A stretch of 64,000 nucleotides of DNA, from positions 294,458-358,457 of the forward strand of contig MNCI01000967.1 of assembly GCA_015680685.1 (NCBI GenBank), given 5' to 3'. Each line of letters begins with the position of its first letter. Position 1 is the first letter of the stretch. Position numbers and translations under genes: made by a program. Positions 23,681 through 36,385 of the stretch are shown here, piece after piece. The stretch is from Gnetum montanum (taxonomy: Eukaryota; Plantae; Gnetophyta). The notes beneath the pieces were generated by a model. The model saw nothing but the letters and a program-made list of their open reading frames with translations. It made no database searches and had not been told where the DNA came from.

Positions 23681-24849
23681 TGAAACACCATAAAATTCGG
23701 AGCTTAGTACTTGTCCGACCCCAAACAAGACCCCGGAACTCACAAACGACGTCGGCTGCATGATCGTAATATTTAGTTTTTGCTAAGTATATGAGGCCAG
23801 CGTATACACACAGCGTATACGCCCGGCATGTACGCCCAACCCTCAGTTCAGCGTATATGCCCGGCATTCTAGCGTATACGCCCGGCACTTCAGCGTGTAC
23901 TCCCGGTACTTCAGCGTATATGCCCAGCTCTCCGGCATATACGCCCAGGCACTGCAGATGCGCACGCTCGACGACAAAATCTCCAATGACAGCATGAAGA
24001 TAACACTAAAGAGCAAGAATCAAAGCAAGTGACACCCTTCGGCGTATGCTCCCGGCGTGTACGCCTAGCATCTGTCAGCGTATACGCCCAGCGCTCAATC
24101 TCCACCCAGTTCACGCCCAGCATTGCGGCGTATACGGCCAGCGTATACACCGACTTGATGCAGCGTATATGCCCAGCAGTTGTAACATTTTGTATATTTG
24201 TAAAGTGTATGCACCCGGTCAACGTGCCACGTGTCTCCCATCCCGAGTCTAGCGTAACAACTTATATAAAACCCCCATTTTTCCACTTCCGCGAGGCTTT
24301 TTGCAAAAAAAATCTCGGAGCAGACCAAAGAACATTTACGCTGCACAAAAGAGCAGAAAACCTTCTTACGCTGAGAAGTCTTGCACGCTGTGGATCCAGT
24401 CTCTTACGCTCCACCCACTCTGTAAACCGTTCGAGTCACCTGTGTGTACGCCGGGGCTTTTTGACCGCCTTGTGTTCCCACAACTGCATTAAACCGGTGC
24501 ACTGTACTCTGACTCTGTAATTCCATTGTTTCATTCACTGCAAGTTCTTTTACAGTTTTATGCCAATTTGGCCCATGCCTCGCTCGTGCTTCGTTTGCAT
24601 CTGTTTACGTTTTACGCTGGTTTTGCTTCGTTTACGCCTACACGCCGTTTACGCATAACCTAGTGTATTAGCATTTGTGTACGCGCGGGGAAATCCTTGT
24701 CTGATCCATGTGCAGACCATTCAAGGTACTCTGCCTCCACTGCATTCCAGCACGCCCTCAGGCGTAGGCAGGGTCTTCTGTACGCATCCTGCGATCCCGC
24801 GGCCTTTGTTTTTCCTTCCAGCCAGAGACCGATGATTTAAGGCGGTACA
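23681..24849 (+). repeat. 3' LTR (1169 bp)
   Basis: TG..CA ends, direct repeat of 7607-8576. Confidence 0.9.
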
Positions 24850-26989
24850 GTGGTGAACTAGAAACAGTGAAGAAAGCCATGACATGTGTTGATGCCACAA
24901 AGTGGAAGACATCTATGAACGATGAATGGTAATCACTCCAACAGAACAAAACTTGGGAGCTAGTTTAGTTGCCAAAAGGGAGAAAACCCTTGAAGTGCAG
25001 GTGGCTATAAAGAATTAAATTAGAGGAAAATGGGGAAAAACGTTTCAAGGCTAGGTTGGTGGCGAAAGGCTATGCACAGAAACTAGGTATTGACTTTCAA
25101 GAAATTTTTTCTCCAGTAGTAAAACAGTCTTCTATATGTTTAGTGCTATCATTGGTGGCCTACATGGACTTAGAGTTGAAACAACTTGATATAAAAATAG
25201 CATTCCTCCATGGAGATTTGGAGGAGGAAATTTACATGAAACAACTAGAAGGGTATGAAGAACAACAAAGTTTAGGTTTGGTTTGAAAACTGAAAAAGAG
25301 TTTATATGGTTTGAAACAAGCCCCTAGGCAGTGATATAAAAGGTTTGATACTTTCATGAAGAAGCTATCTTTTCAGAAAAGCAACCTAGACCACTGTGTG
25401 TATTTTTCTGGAGATGTTTCAAGTAAATTTATAGTGTTGTTGTTGTATGTTGATGATATGCTAATTTCTGGAAATGATATAGCAGAGATAAAATGTTTAA
25501 AATTGGAAATGGGCAAAGAATTTGCTATGAAGGATTTGGGATAGGCAAAGAAAATTATTGGTATGAATATTTATAGGGATAGAAAAAGGAAGAAGTTGTG
25601 ATTGAGTCAGGAAGATTACTTTGGAAAGGTTGTAAAACATTTCAACATGGAGGATGCAAAACTTGTAAGTACACCTTTTTCAGCATAATTTAATTTATCA
25701 AAGAAGGACTATCCAAAGTCAAAAGAGGATTTTGAAAAGGTTAAAAATATCCCATATACTTTTGTTGTTGGGTCATTGATGTATGCTATGATTTGTACAC
25801 GTCCTGATATTACTTATGCTATTGGAGTAGTTAGTAGATTTATGACCAACTATGGGTGGAATCACTGGTTAGTTGTTAAATGGATTTTAAAATATTTAAA
25901 GGGCACAAAAGTGCATTGCTTATGTTTTGGAGATGCTAATCTACACATTGAAGGTTTTGTAGATGCAAACTTTGCTATTGATCATGATACAAGACAATCT
26001 TCTACAAGGTGCATACTTATTTTTGGTGGTGCAGCAGTGAGTTGGTTGTTACATCTACAACCACTAGTAACTTTATCTACAACTGAATCAGAGTACGTAT
26101 CCCTCATAGAAGCATGCAAGGAGATGTTATGGATAAAGAGATTTTTGCAGTATCTTGGATTAAAACAACAAAGGTATGCTATGTTTTTTGATAGTTTGAG
26201 TGCAATCCATCTTGCAAAGAATTTTGACTTTCATGCCAAGACAAAACATATAGATGTCTGATTCCACTTCATAAGAGAAATCATAGAGGATGGCTTGGTG
26301 CATGTTCAAAAGGTTCATACAAAGCTCAACGTTGCTGATGCTTTAAAAAAACCAGTGATAGCTAAAAAACACATTTCTATAGGAAGAAGCTTGGGATAAC
26401 TGAAGCTTAATCAGAAGTGCACATCTCTTAAAGGCTAGTTGGTTTTGTCTTCAAGGGGGAGTTTGTTGGAAAAATGAAGAAAAATAAATTAATGGTTGTA
26501 TTTCCTTTTATGTTTCATTTAATGTGGGGATGTGTTTTATCCCACATGTATTAGGATTGGGGTTTGATCCTCATGTTTCTTCATAAATAGAAGGCTTGGG
26601 GTAGCCTTTAGTGTGTGTGCTTTGAAGTGAAAGCATTGTATCAAGGTTTTACCTTGGAGACATGAGTGTTGTTGGTGTTGATCTGAAATCTATTGGAATA
26701 ATAGATTGGGTGTTTGGAAAAGTTACAAGGACGACTTGTGTCCTCAAGATTTGAAAGAATAGAAGGTAGATTAGCATTGTTGTGGAAGTAGGGTAAAAAG
26801 GGCCCGAACCACATAACTCTCTATGTTCTTATGCTATTTTTACGATTTTCATTCTGATTTCATTTTCTTATCACAAAAAATGTTTGCTAGAGTTTAGAAT
26901 GTTTTGAGAGTGATTTATAGTGTTTCTTGACCTACTACAGTGCAATATTTTACCTCTAATGATTTATTCAGATCTGTAGGGTTCTAATA
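24850..26989 (+). mobile_element. Ty1/Copia remnant: RT-RNase H, PPT (26452-26461), 3' LTR (26464-~26989)
   Basis: KARLVAKGYAQKLGIDFQEIFSPVVK, LLYVDDMLI, MKDLG, LSTTESEY, KTKHIDV; caagggggag PPT then tgttgga; LTR 3' end approximate. Confidence 0.9.
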
Positions 26990-27299
26990 ATTTCTATAGA
27001 GCATTTGTAGTGTGTTTTTAGATTTGATTATAATAGTGAATTGCCTTTGATCAGTAAGTGCTTAACTCCTAGGTCATGGACTACCATCATTCCTTTGATC
27101 AAAACTTCATACTCTACAATATTGTTGGTACATGGAAACTCAAATCAATACGTGAAGGATTGGATTTTACCAGATGAGAATGTTATGATGACAATAGTAC
27201 TAGCCCCATGGGTTGTTGAAGCTCTGTCAAAGTGCATGACTACCTCATAGCTCTTGGACACTTTGCCAATGATGTTGATGTGTTCATTTGGGAATTCAG

Positions 27300-30200
27300 G
27301 GTTAATGGTTACTTGCAAGCATAACAACAACACACACACACATATAAACAAACTTCTCTTTTATTTTTCTTAATGTTTTGACATACCGAAACCAAAAGGT
27401 CCACAATCTTCCCCTTTTTGATAATGTCCAAAACTTAAGAAAATGGATTAGTCTTGTCTCAATAATAATAACATAATAATAACACATTCTACCTACTTCT
27501 CTCCTTGTTTGGACATTACCAAAAAGGATGATGCATATAAGCTTGTATCTTAAAGATATATCATTTTAGAACAAGAACATATAGTTATGAAGAGCTATTG
27601 CATAACGAGTACAAAACTCTCCTCTTGTATGATTAGTACCCAAAAGAATTCATCCAAAAACTTGTAAAAATGTTTCATTATATAATTGTGCATAACAAAC
27701 AAACATTTTGCAAGGGAACCATATGAAGAGTACACACATATTATTAATTTCATAGGGATAATGAAGTAAAATGAGTGTTTATCAAAAGTGGCCCTTCATT
27801 TATCCACAGCAACAAGAAACATATTTGATTCAAGCTTTTCTAAGATATTTAAGAGCAAGTAACCTATCTCTAAACCAATATTATTCTAACAATTTGAGAG
27901 GGATTTCAAGACAAGTGAGTAAAAACATGCATATTCAATGTTTAAGCAATACATCTTATCATGTTGAAAAAGTTAAAATATATTAAAATATCACAACCAG
28001 TTATCTAGAAAATTCATAAACTTATCTACGATAAAAAATATTGTCTATATATATATATTTGTAAAAAAGGATCTTAGGCACTTAAAATGATACATTTTCA
28101 ATGTACAAAAGGTCAAACATGAACCATTAAATCTTGAACATAGTGCTCACAAGTAAGTTTGCATAACATATAAAGTTTAAGATCTTTCATCAATAAAGAC
28201 TATCTTTAGATAAATATTGATAAATAAATGTCCTCTTTTTCTTTACTATATGAATATGCTCTTCCTTTCCTATTTTCTAATATAGGTGCGAGAGATAGAA
28301 AGCTTAGCAATTATCATATCATATCTTTGAAAGAATCACTCAAGGCTCCCCCTATATATATGACCCATCTTTTGAAACATCTATTGTAGAGAGATTGATA
28401 CTAATTTATATTCTCCTCTTGAGCCTTTTAGGATCTTCATTCTACAGAGAAATTCTAAGATCAAGTATGGAGACTAAGGTTTTCCATTAGTCATTTCAAA
28501 ACAAGTCTAAAACACTCCCAATCATGACATAACATATTTAACTTATTAAGAATCATCACAAGAACATAGAAATAAACATCACACATACTCTGAGAATCAC
28601 ATAAGGTACTAGGTGATGTCCCCATAAATCTAGAGTTTCATATTAAGATTAGTTTTGAGGCCTCTCATAAAAATAGCAAATAATTCCTATTGAAATGTTT
28701 CTTTTCTCAGAAGATACATGAATTACATTAAAAGGTATCATATCCAATGCTTAATTACCAAACATCAAAAATATTTTAAAAGAAATTGGACTTTATGATG
28801 TCATAGGGAAGAAACTATGCCAAATCGTATGGAACATAATACATATATGTTTAAATAGCAATGAATGTTCAACAAACTGATTTTGGTCCATGAATTATAG
28901 TGAAAACGTTTTAAACCACTTGAAACTAATATAATCTAGTTAAGAATCCAAAATATTATTTATCAATAAAAATTTTAAAGTAGCCCAAGCTTTCGTTCAA
29001 TCATAAACTAATCAAGTTATTTTTCATCACATCATGCTCATATGTACACAAAAGATAGCATAATTACATATACACAAATGATAACATTTTATTTGACAAC
29101 CAATAATGCCTCACTTATATCAAATGTGCTTATCTTAATATTTGTAGAACTTGGAGCTAATTTTTCAGTCTTAAATTATATTAAATACCTCTACTTATAT
29201 TTCTTATTAAAGAGAGTGAAGATGCTTATAATGCTAGAGAATGAGATTCCTCTTTCAAGGTTTCTCATCTTATGCAGACTTCCTCAATCATTAAGGCTTG
29301 ACTCCTTCTAACAAATTTGTTGGAGAGTGTATTTTCATTCTCATCCTCCTTTTTCTTAATTCTCTAAACTTTCTTCACTCCCTTTTTCTTTTGAGTTTTC
29401 CTATGGTCTTGCAAGATTTCCTTTCTTGACACATTTGGATAAGACCAAGGAGTCTGATGATATGACCAAGTATTCAAGTGATAATATTTTAAATTACAAT
29501 TCCATTGCTTGTGTCCTAGCCTATTTCAGTAGTAACATCTAATATTTCGATTGTGATTAAAGTAATTTACTTTGGAGTTACCTTTTGATTGCCTATAGTG
29601 CTAGTGTTTACCTCAAATTTTGGAGTGGTCTCTTATTTAGATGAGGTTGATGTAGATCCTTATTCTTGTTGACGACATCCTAGACCACTTTTATAATTTG
29701 GAATTCTTCATTGCCAAATAACTATCTAAAGAGATTGGATACAGTAGTTGATAAATACAATTAGTATCCTTGACCAAGTATATTTGGTGTTGAAAGCCCT
29801 TTCCATTATTCACTCTTGGAGATTGATGAAGAGTGTAAGAGTACCAGGTTTTGATAGCACTTGTGTATCATTGAACTTAGAAGGTGGGGGATGAATAAGT
29901 TCCTTAAATAAAAATTATTTAACACAAAGCACACACCAATTTTAACATGGTTCCCCAACTTGGATAGTTTACATTGGGAGGATACTTTTCAAACACACCT
30001 TCAAAATTTGTTGCTCTCAAAATATAGTAGAAGGGTTCACACCCTATATAGTCATCAAGCCTTGCTCTAGAGTGTTGTATCGTAACACAAATCACTCAAC
30101 TTTGAAAGGTCCTATCAGGACTAGAAATGTGGTTTCAAGGCTTCCATAACATTTACAATCTTGAGCTCTACACTAGAGTGTTATATCATAGCACTAACAA

Positions 30201-31094
30201 CTCAATCCTACAAGATATTGACAAGCTCAAGGAACTCAACCATGCAGGGAAAAAAGAATAAGAATTATAAGGAAATATTGTAACTCAATTTGCTGATCCT
30301 TGTACAATTAGGTACAATACACTTTATAATAAAATAATGATAAGACAATGAAGGGCAATAGAGAATTCAATGATTACAAATGATTGTACAATGAATACAA
30401 TAATGCTTGCACTTTTCCTAATGCACATCAAGTCTTCTTATAGCTACCATGTTGCTAATCCTTCTCGAAAATCATGTAATGGCTAGCTAATAATCACTAA
30501 TGGTCATGGGAAATGTCTTTCCTACACCTAAGACATCTCTCTAAATTTGCCTTCAAATCTGAGAAGACATCTTTGTTTCCTGAAAGTTGTCTTTCTAAAG
30601 TCTCTACTTTGGAAGACATCTTTGTCTTGTGAAAGATGTCTTTCTAGACTTGGTTTGCAATCTGTAAAGATGTCTTTGCTTTGTGAAATATGTCTTTGTT
30701 TAAGAAAGACATCTTGCTATTTCTAAAGATGTCTTTATTTGAGTTCTTTCCAAATCTACCAAGACATCTACTACTTTTGAGAGATGTCTTTCTTCACTTT
30801 TTCTTACATGATGAATGGATTATTCCTTGCCCACAACCTTGATCTTCTATATGTTTTAATTATTTCCACTTTGCTTGTACAATATCAAGTCCTTGTCCAA
30901 ATTCTTTGGATGTTCATTTGAGAACATGTGGATGACCTCCTCCTTTGAGCTCTAGGATAGTTCATTCCTTGTCCTCTTTAGCTTTGGTCTTCTAGGCACT
31001 TTCCTTGCAAGAACAACAACAACACACACACATACAAACAAAATTGTCTTCCATTTTTTTAACATTTTAAGATATAAAAACTAGAGGGTCCACA
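27300..31094 (-). mobile_element. Degenerate SIRE-like Copia element: 5' LTR 29862-31094, Met-type PBS ~29842-29859, decayed interior, PPT 27406-27420, truncated 3' LTR
   Basis: Repeated LTR start tgtggacc (27405 and 31094), attcatcccccaccttct U5-like motif, aagac(a)tctt/aagatgtctt palindromic repeats 30510-30790, repeated PPT-like tracts. Confidence 0.65.
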
Positions 31095-34000
31095 TGTATT
31101 AGGTTTAGGTGAATCTTGAACATGATATAATATGATGTATTCTATGATAGAAGATAGGAAAAGATAAAGTATTTTTTTCCATGAGTTACTTTATATAGAA
31201 AGGGACATATTGTAATTACTAAAAATCTTGATTGCTAGAGAAAGTGAGAATTTCAATGAAATAGCTTTAACCCAAAATCCCAAGGACCTTCACAAAAAAA
31301 TAGGATTCAAGGTACCCTGGATAGTTTGGCAGATCACCTATGAACTTAGAGAATGTAAAAGGGGGTAGAAAAATAAAACTGTAATGTAGATTTGAGAAAA
31401 TAAATGCACTAAAATGAAACAAATAAATCTAACTTGCACACAAATAGAATTGTAAACTTTATTTTAATAGAAATAAAGAATGGTTCAAGAAATGTGTACA
31501 AAAAAATGTGCTTGAAGTAGTAGGAGGTTTTACTTTGATGGGGGTTCATAATCTATTGAAACTACTACAACCATCTCCATGATCTAAAGGTTCTACAACT
31601 CCCAATTCTTTTGAACCTTTGCTACTCTTTGCACTAGATTTGCAATTCTAGTGGTGTAAAGGGGGTGAGATGTGTGAGGGGGGTTTTTTCTACCAAGAAG
31701 AGCCTTACTAGGGGTAAAGCCCAAAATGCTCAATGTTGGTACCCAAAACTCACAAAATCACAAAGGGGGGTAACAATGGCTATGGGGGTTCCATGATGGG
31801 GATTCAAGAACTTGCATGTATGTAAGTTTGCAAGAGCTCTTGAATGCAAAATAGGACTAAAAAATGTGAAGTGTGGAACTACAAAATTCATGGAACATTA
31901 CATGGTGCTAGGGCTTGATTTTTATAGGTTTTAGGCCACTGATTTGGTTGCAAGTTTTCTTCCTAATTGCTAATAGAGTGGCTATTATGTGTAGGTGTTG
32001 CAAGTGTCTATGTATGATAAGTTTTGATACCCCTAAGGTACCAAAATCATTCTACTTACTAAAAATAGTAAACAAGAATTTTACCCACGTTGGTCCTTCC
32101 AATATCAATGTTGGACTTGTAGGAGCCATGTTGAGATGCATGGGCAACATTGGGGGTATGGAACCCATGTTGTAAGTATAGCACCCATGCTAGGGGTATG
32201 GCACCCATGCTAGGGGTATGGCACCCATGCTGGAAATACAACATCCATGCTAGAGCAACATTAGACTCAGGTTGAATCCTCACTAGAGTAATGTTGGATC
32301 CTCATTGGACCCTCATTGGAGCTACACTAGGAGGTAGGTGCAACATTGGGAGGTGAAGTAGCAATGTTGAGGGGCAAGAGTTATACCCCCAAAGTTGGGC
32401 ATGGGTGATGTTACACCCCCCAAAAGGTGTTTCTACTATAGTAAATTTTATACTACTACAAAATCAATCAAAATCCCAATTTTGGTGATCCCAAAGGCAT
32501 TTTAGCTTCCCCAACCCCAAATATAGGAATTATATGGATTGTTTTTACTTGGGGGATGAGGCTTTGACTACTTATAAGGCATTTTCAGCTCCAAAAGCTA
32601 GAGGATGTGAGATTGCATCTTTTGGAGTACAATATTCACATTTACAATGAATTTTAGCCTCAGGTTTCATGGGGTAAAGGCACCAAAGTAACATTCATTC
32701 TTGGTGGTGTTTCATTGGTCCCTCTTTGTTGGTTTCTTGAGGATTGATCTGAGAGGCATCAAAAAAGAATACAAACATCATTGTAGGTCCAGCATTGATG
32801 TCCCATCTCTATGCTTGATTTAGTTGTGTTAAACCATGCCAAAGAGTTCTTCTGATGATAGGATAAGTCTATGATGAAATGATAGAGGGTAAAGACTATA
32901 TTTAGTAATGAGGAAGTGGTCATGAGGGTTGAGAATGTGATCCATAGTTGATGTCATGGTTATGGTGTTGACATGTTGGTCCATCAATAAAGGATTCCCA
33001 CTTTGTGTTTCAAGGTATTGGTCATTAGGTAATGTGTTTGAGGAACCGACACCTCGATCCAAGGTTACTTTGGCCATTAAGATCCTCCCTTTACATGTTT
33101 GGAGCCATTAGTTTGGGATTTTGGCCTTCATGGCCCATTCCAACTTCTTGGTAGTTTGCTTCCTTTTTTTTCATGGGGTAAAACCTTCATTAAGTTTCTT
33201 TGCCAAGGTTGGTTCGATTTGGGTTTTCCATTGAATGAGATGTTTTACATTCAATGGTCTTGATAGTGTTGCATGAGGAAGGATATGTCATATGGCCATA
33301 ATGCATGAGTGTCAGACATATCTCAACATTGTTACTTAAAATATGAAAGGTCATTACCAGGCTATGGGGTTGGGTTCAAGGAATGGTATAAAAGGAAAGT
33401 GATATAAGAATTCTTTAGATAGTAGGACCAACTCATCAAATCTTGTATGTTGAGGTTACGTGGTGACTTACTGCCATGATGAGTTGCATCTTTGTGATGA
33501 ATCTAGGCTTCATCTTGGAAGAATAACTTCATGAGGAAAAGAAACAAAACAAAGAAGACATGTTGTTACAATATGATGCATAGGGCTAGAGACAACTAGA
33601 AAATTAGGCCACAATATATCACACTTGGTAGAACATAGAGAAATATGTGCAATGTGCATTAGATTCACAAATTTTTGTAGCTCATTCATCATGCTAAACA
33701 AGAGTAGATCATCAAAGTCATCAACATCAGTCATTCATTTTAACCTATCAACAATGATAAACAATACTACAAGCAAACATGTGAGTGTTAGATGTAATTA
33801 GGGCTATGTGATGGCTAATGTTGCATACCAAGGGTTTGATGTGGTTATGAGTAACCTTAAGTTCTAGTGAGGAACTTGGTTTCATGTGTTTTCTCCTTAC
33901 TGTTGGCGATTGTTTGGGACACGACCGCCAACAAGTATCCTTGAACAGGATTTAGGTGCATGCTAGTCTTTGGCAACACCAAGGCCCAGATACCTCCAAA

Positions 34001-34162
34001 TAAACTCAGTAGTTAATGTGAGTATGTGTGTGTGCTATTGTGGCATGCAGTTGTGAAATATGAAACGATTGCATTGTGTGTAAACTACAAATGACTTACC
34101 TTAAAGAGATTCAGCCAACTTTGCCAAGTACTGTGAGTTGTTGAGAGTTCCTATTTTGTTTA

Positions 34163-34621
34163 NNNNNNNNNNNNNNNNNNNNNNNNNNNNNNNNNNNNNN
34201 NNNNNNNNNNNNNNNNNNNNNNNNNNNNNNNNNNNNNNNNNNNNNNNNNNNNNNNNNNNNNNNNNNNNNNNNNNNNNNNNNNNNNNNNNNNNNNNNNNNN
34301 NNNNNNNNNNNNNNNNNNNNNNNNNNNNNNNNNNNNNNNNNNNNNNNNNNNNNNNNNNNNNNNNNNNNNNNNNNNNNNNNNNNNNNNNNNNNNNNNNNNN
34401 NNNNNNNNNNNNNNNNNNNNNNNNNNNNNNNNNNNNNNNNNNNNNNNNNNNNNNNNNNNNNNNNNNNNNNNNNNNNNNNNNNNNNNNNNNNNNNNNNNNN
34501 NNNNNNNNNNNNNNNNNNNNNNNNNNNNNNNNNNNNNNNNNNNNNNNNNNNNNNNNNNNNNNNNNNNNNNNNNNNNNNNNNNNNNNNNNNNNNNNNNNNN
34601 NNNNNNNNNNNNNNNNNNNNN
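34163..34621. other. Assembly gap (459 N)
   Basis: Run of N. Confidence 1.
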
Positions 34622-36104
34622 TTCTATGGCAAAATTTTAACAGAAATGTTCTATCAGGCAACAAGAACAATAAGAGCAATCTAAAAATCCCAAAATTACT
34701 TGCCAAGGATGATACTATCTAAACCACTAGCCAAAAAATTTAAACAAAATAAAAATAAAACATAACTCATAGGATTATGACAAAGAGGCTGAAATCTTTT
34801 CTTTAGCAGGCCATCTTACAAGCAATCTTTCACAATTTATTTTTACAAATTCTTTTCTCCCAAGACTCAAAGTGTGTCTCCAAGTGAGAGCCCAAGTATT
34901 CCCCAAGTGTGATGTGAGATCTTCCCCCAAAAGTTTCTTCTCTCAAGTCCCCCAAAAGTGTCTTCTCAAAAGTATGATGTCTCCCTCCTTACCCCTGAAG
35001 CCTTTTTATAAGGTTCAAAAGGTAGGTAGGTAAGTTACAAAATATCTTGGGTGGTTATAACTACCATAGAGATAAAAAAGTTGCGGGTGACAAGTGTCCT
35101 ATTCAGTTGCCAAGTGTCTTCATTCAGTTGCCAAGTGGTCGCCATGGAGATAAAAAAGTTGTAGTTGACACATGTCCCATTTAGTTGACAAGTGGCCTTT
35201 GTGGAGATAAAGAGGTTGTAGTTGACAAGTGGCCTTTGTGGTGGTTATAACCACCATTTCAATTGACAAGTGTTCAATTCATATGGGACTTTGAAAAATT
35301 GTTGCACAAATTCCATTTTTAAATCATAAAATATTTTATTGTTGTTTTTTTTGTTTTAAAGAGAATATTTCAGTTCCAGGATTTATTATAGTTTAGTGAC
35401 ATTTGCATACTCTTCTTCTTAGAACAAAAGTTTACAAGTTTGGTACTAGATCAAGATTCAAGATAGATTGTGTTTTTCTTACCAAGCCTCTTATCAACAC
35501 TGCAATTTCACGATCCATAGGCCAACATCTTAGCTACAAACGATGGAGACCAGACAAAATATTTTGATTAAAATTCATTCGTGTAGACCAAATCATTGTG
35601 TTGAAAGAATTTTATCATTCTAAGGCGGGCACAACTGCTGCGACTGTGGGTGGTGGAGGTGGCAGCCTGGATGCTGGCACTAGGAAAATAGTTTAATCCA
35701 GTGGAGCAAGGTAGAGAGAGAGGCATGCACGCAGGAATGCAATGCTGTATATATGTGTGTGCTATATTTTTGTTCTGCCTGCATGCTAAGATGGACCAAA
35801 GCAAGGGAAGGGAAGTCCATTTCCAGATTCTCTTTTCTCTGTTTCGTTCCTTTGGATTTCTCACAAATGGTGGGAGGACTCCAAAATGTAGCAAGCGCTC
35901 GTGCCAAGTCCCACAATTCACTAGCAGCAGCAGCAAAAGAATTCGGTGTGGCCTCCACGTAGGTGCCCATGGAACCACGGAAACTTCCATGGCCTAGCAA
36001 ATTGCACAAAATACCGTTGCCACTGCCTTTGATGATAACCCTAACATGCGTTCTACCATCATCATTGTCGACCTGGATACTTGCCTTGCAACCCTCCTGG
36101 AAAC

Positions 36105-36385
36105 CTCAGACTCCACAAACTTTTTAGCTCTGTCATGGCCTCCGATCTCCTCATCTGAAACAAACGAAAGATGAAGAGTTCCAGTTGGAATAAAACCCTT
36201 GCTCTTGAGATTCCTAACAACTTCCAAGTATTGAGTGGGGACACACTTCATGTCCTAAGAGCCCCGCACAAAGATATTGCCTTGCTAGTCTCTATTCGCC
36301 TGGAAAGGAGGATGAACCTGCTTTTCTTCCTCTGCAGTCACAACATCCATGTGAAAATTTAGTAGAACAGGAGGCAGATTTGCTT
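36105..36385 (-). pseudogene. Aminoacylase-1 (peptidase M20A) fragment
   Basis: LPPVLLNFHMDVV..HPPF..GNIFVRGS*DMKCVPTQYLEVVRNLKSKGFIPTGTLHLSFVSDEEIGGHDRAKKFVES; two stops. Confidence 0.85.

Larger units (their letters stand above)
7607..24849 (+). mobile_element. Ty3/Gypsy Tat-clade LTR retrotransposon with split pol and antisense gene
   Basis: Two similar LTRs, Asn PBS, PPT, gag-PR, RT, RH, additional (archaeal-type) RNase H, INT in RT-RH-aRH-INT order. Confidence 0.95.

Noticed and set aside
34101-34722. ORFs of 194-201 aa
   Set aside because: Artefacts of the N run
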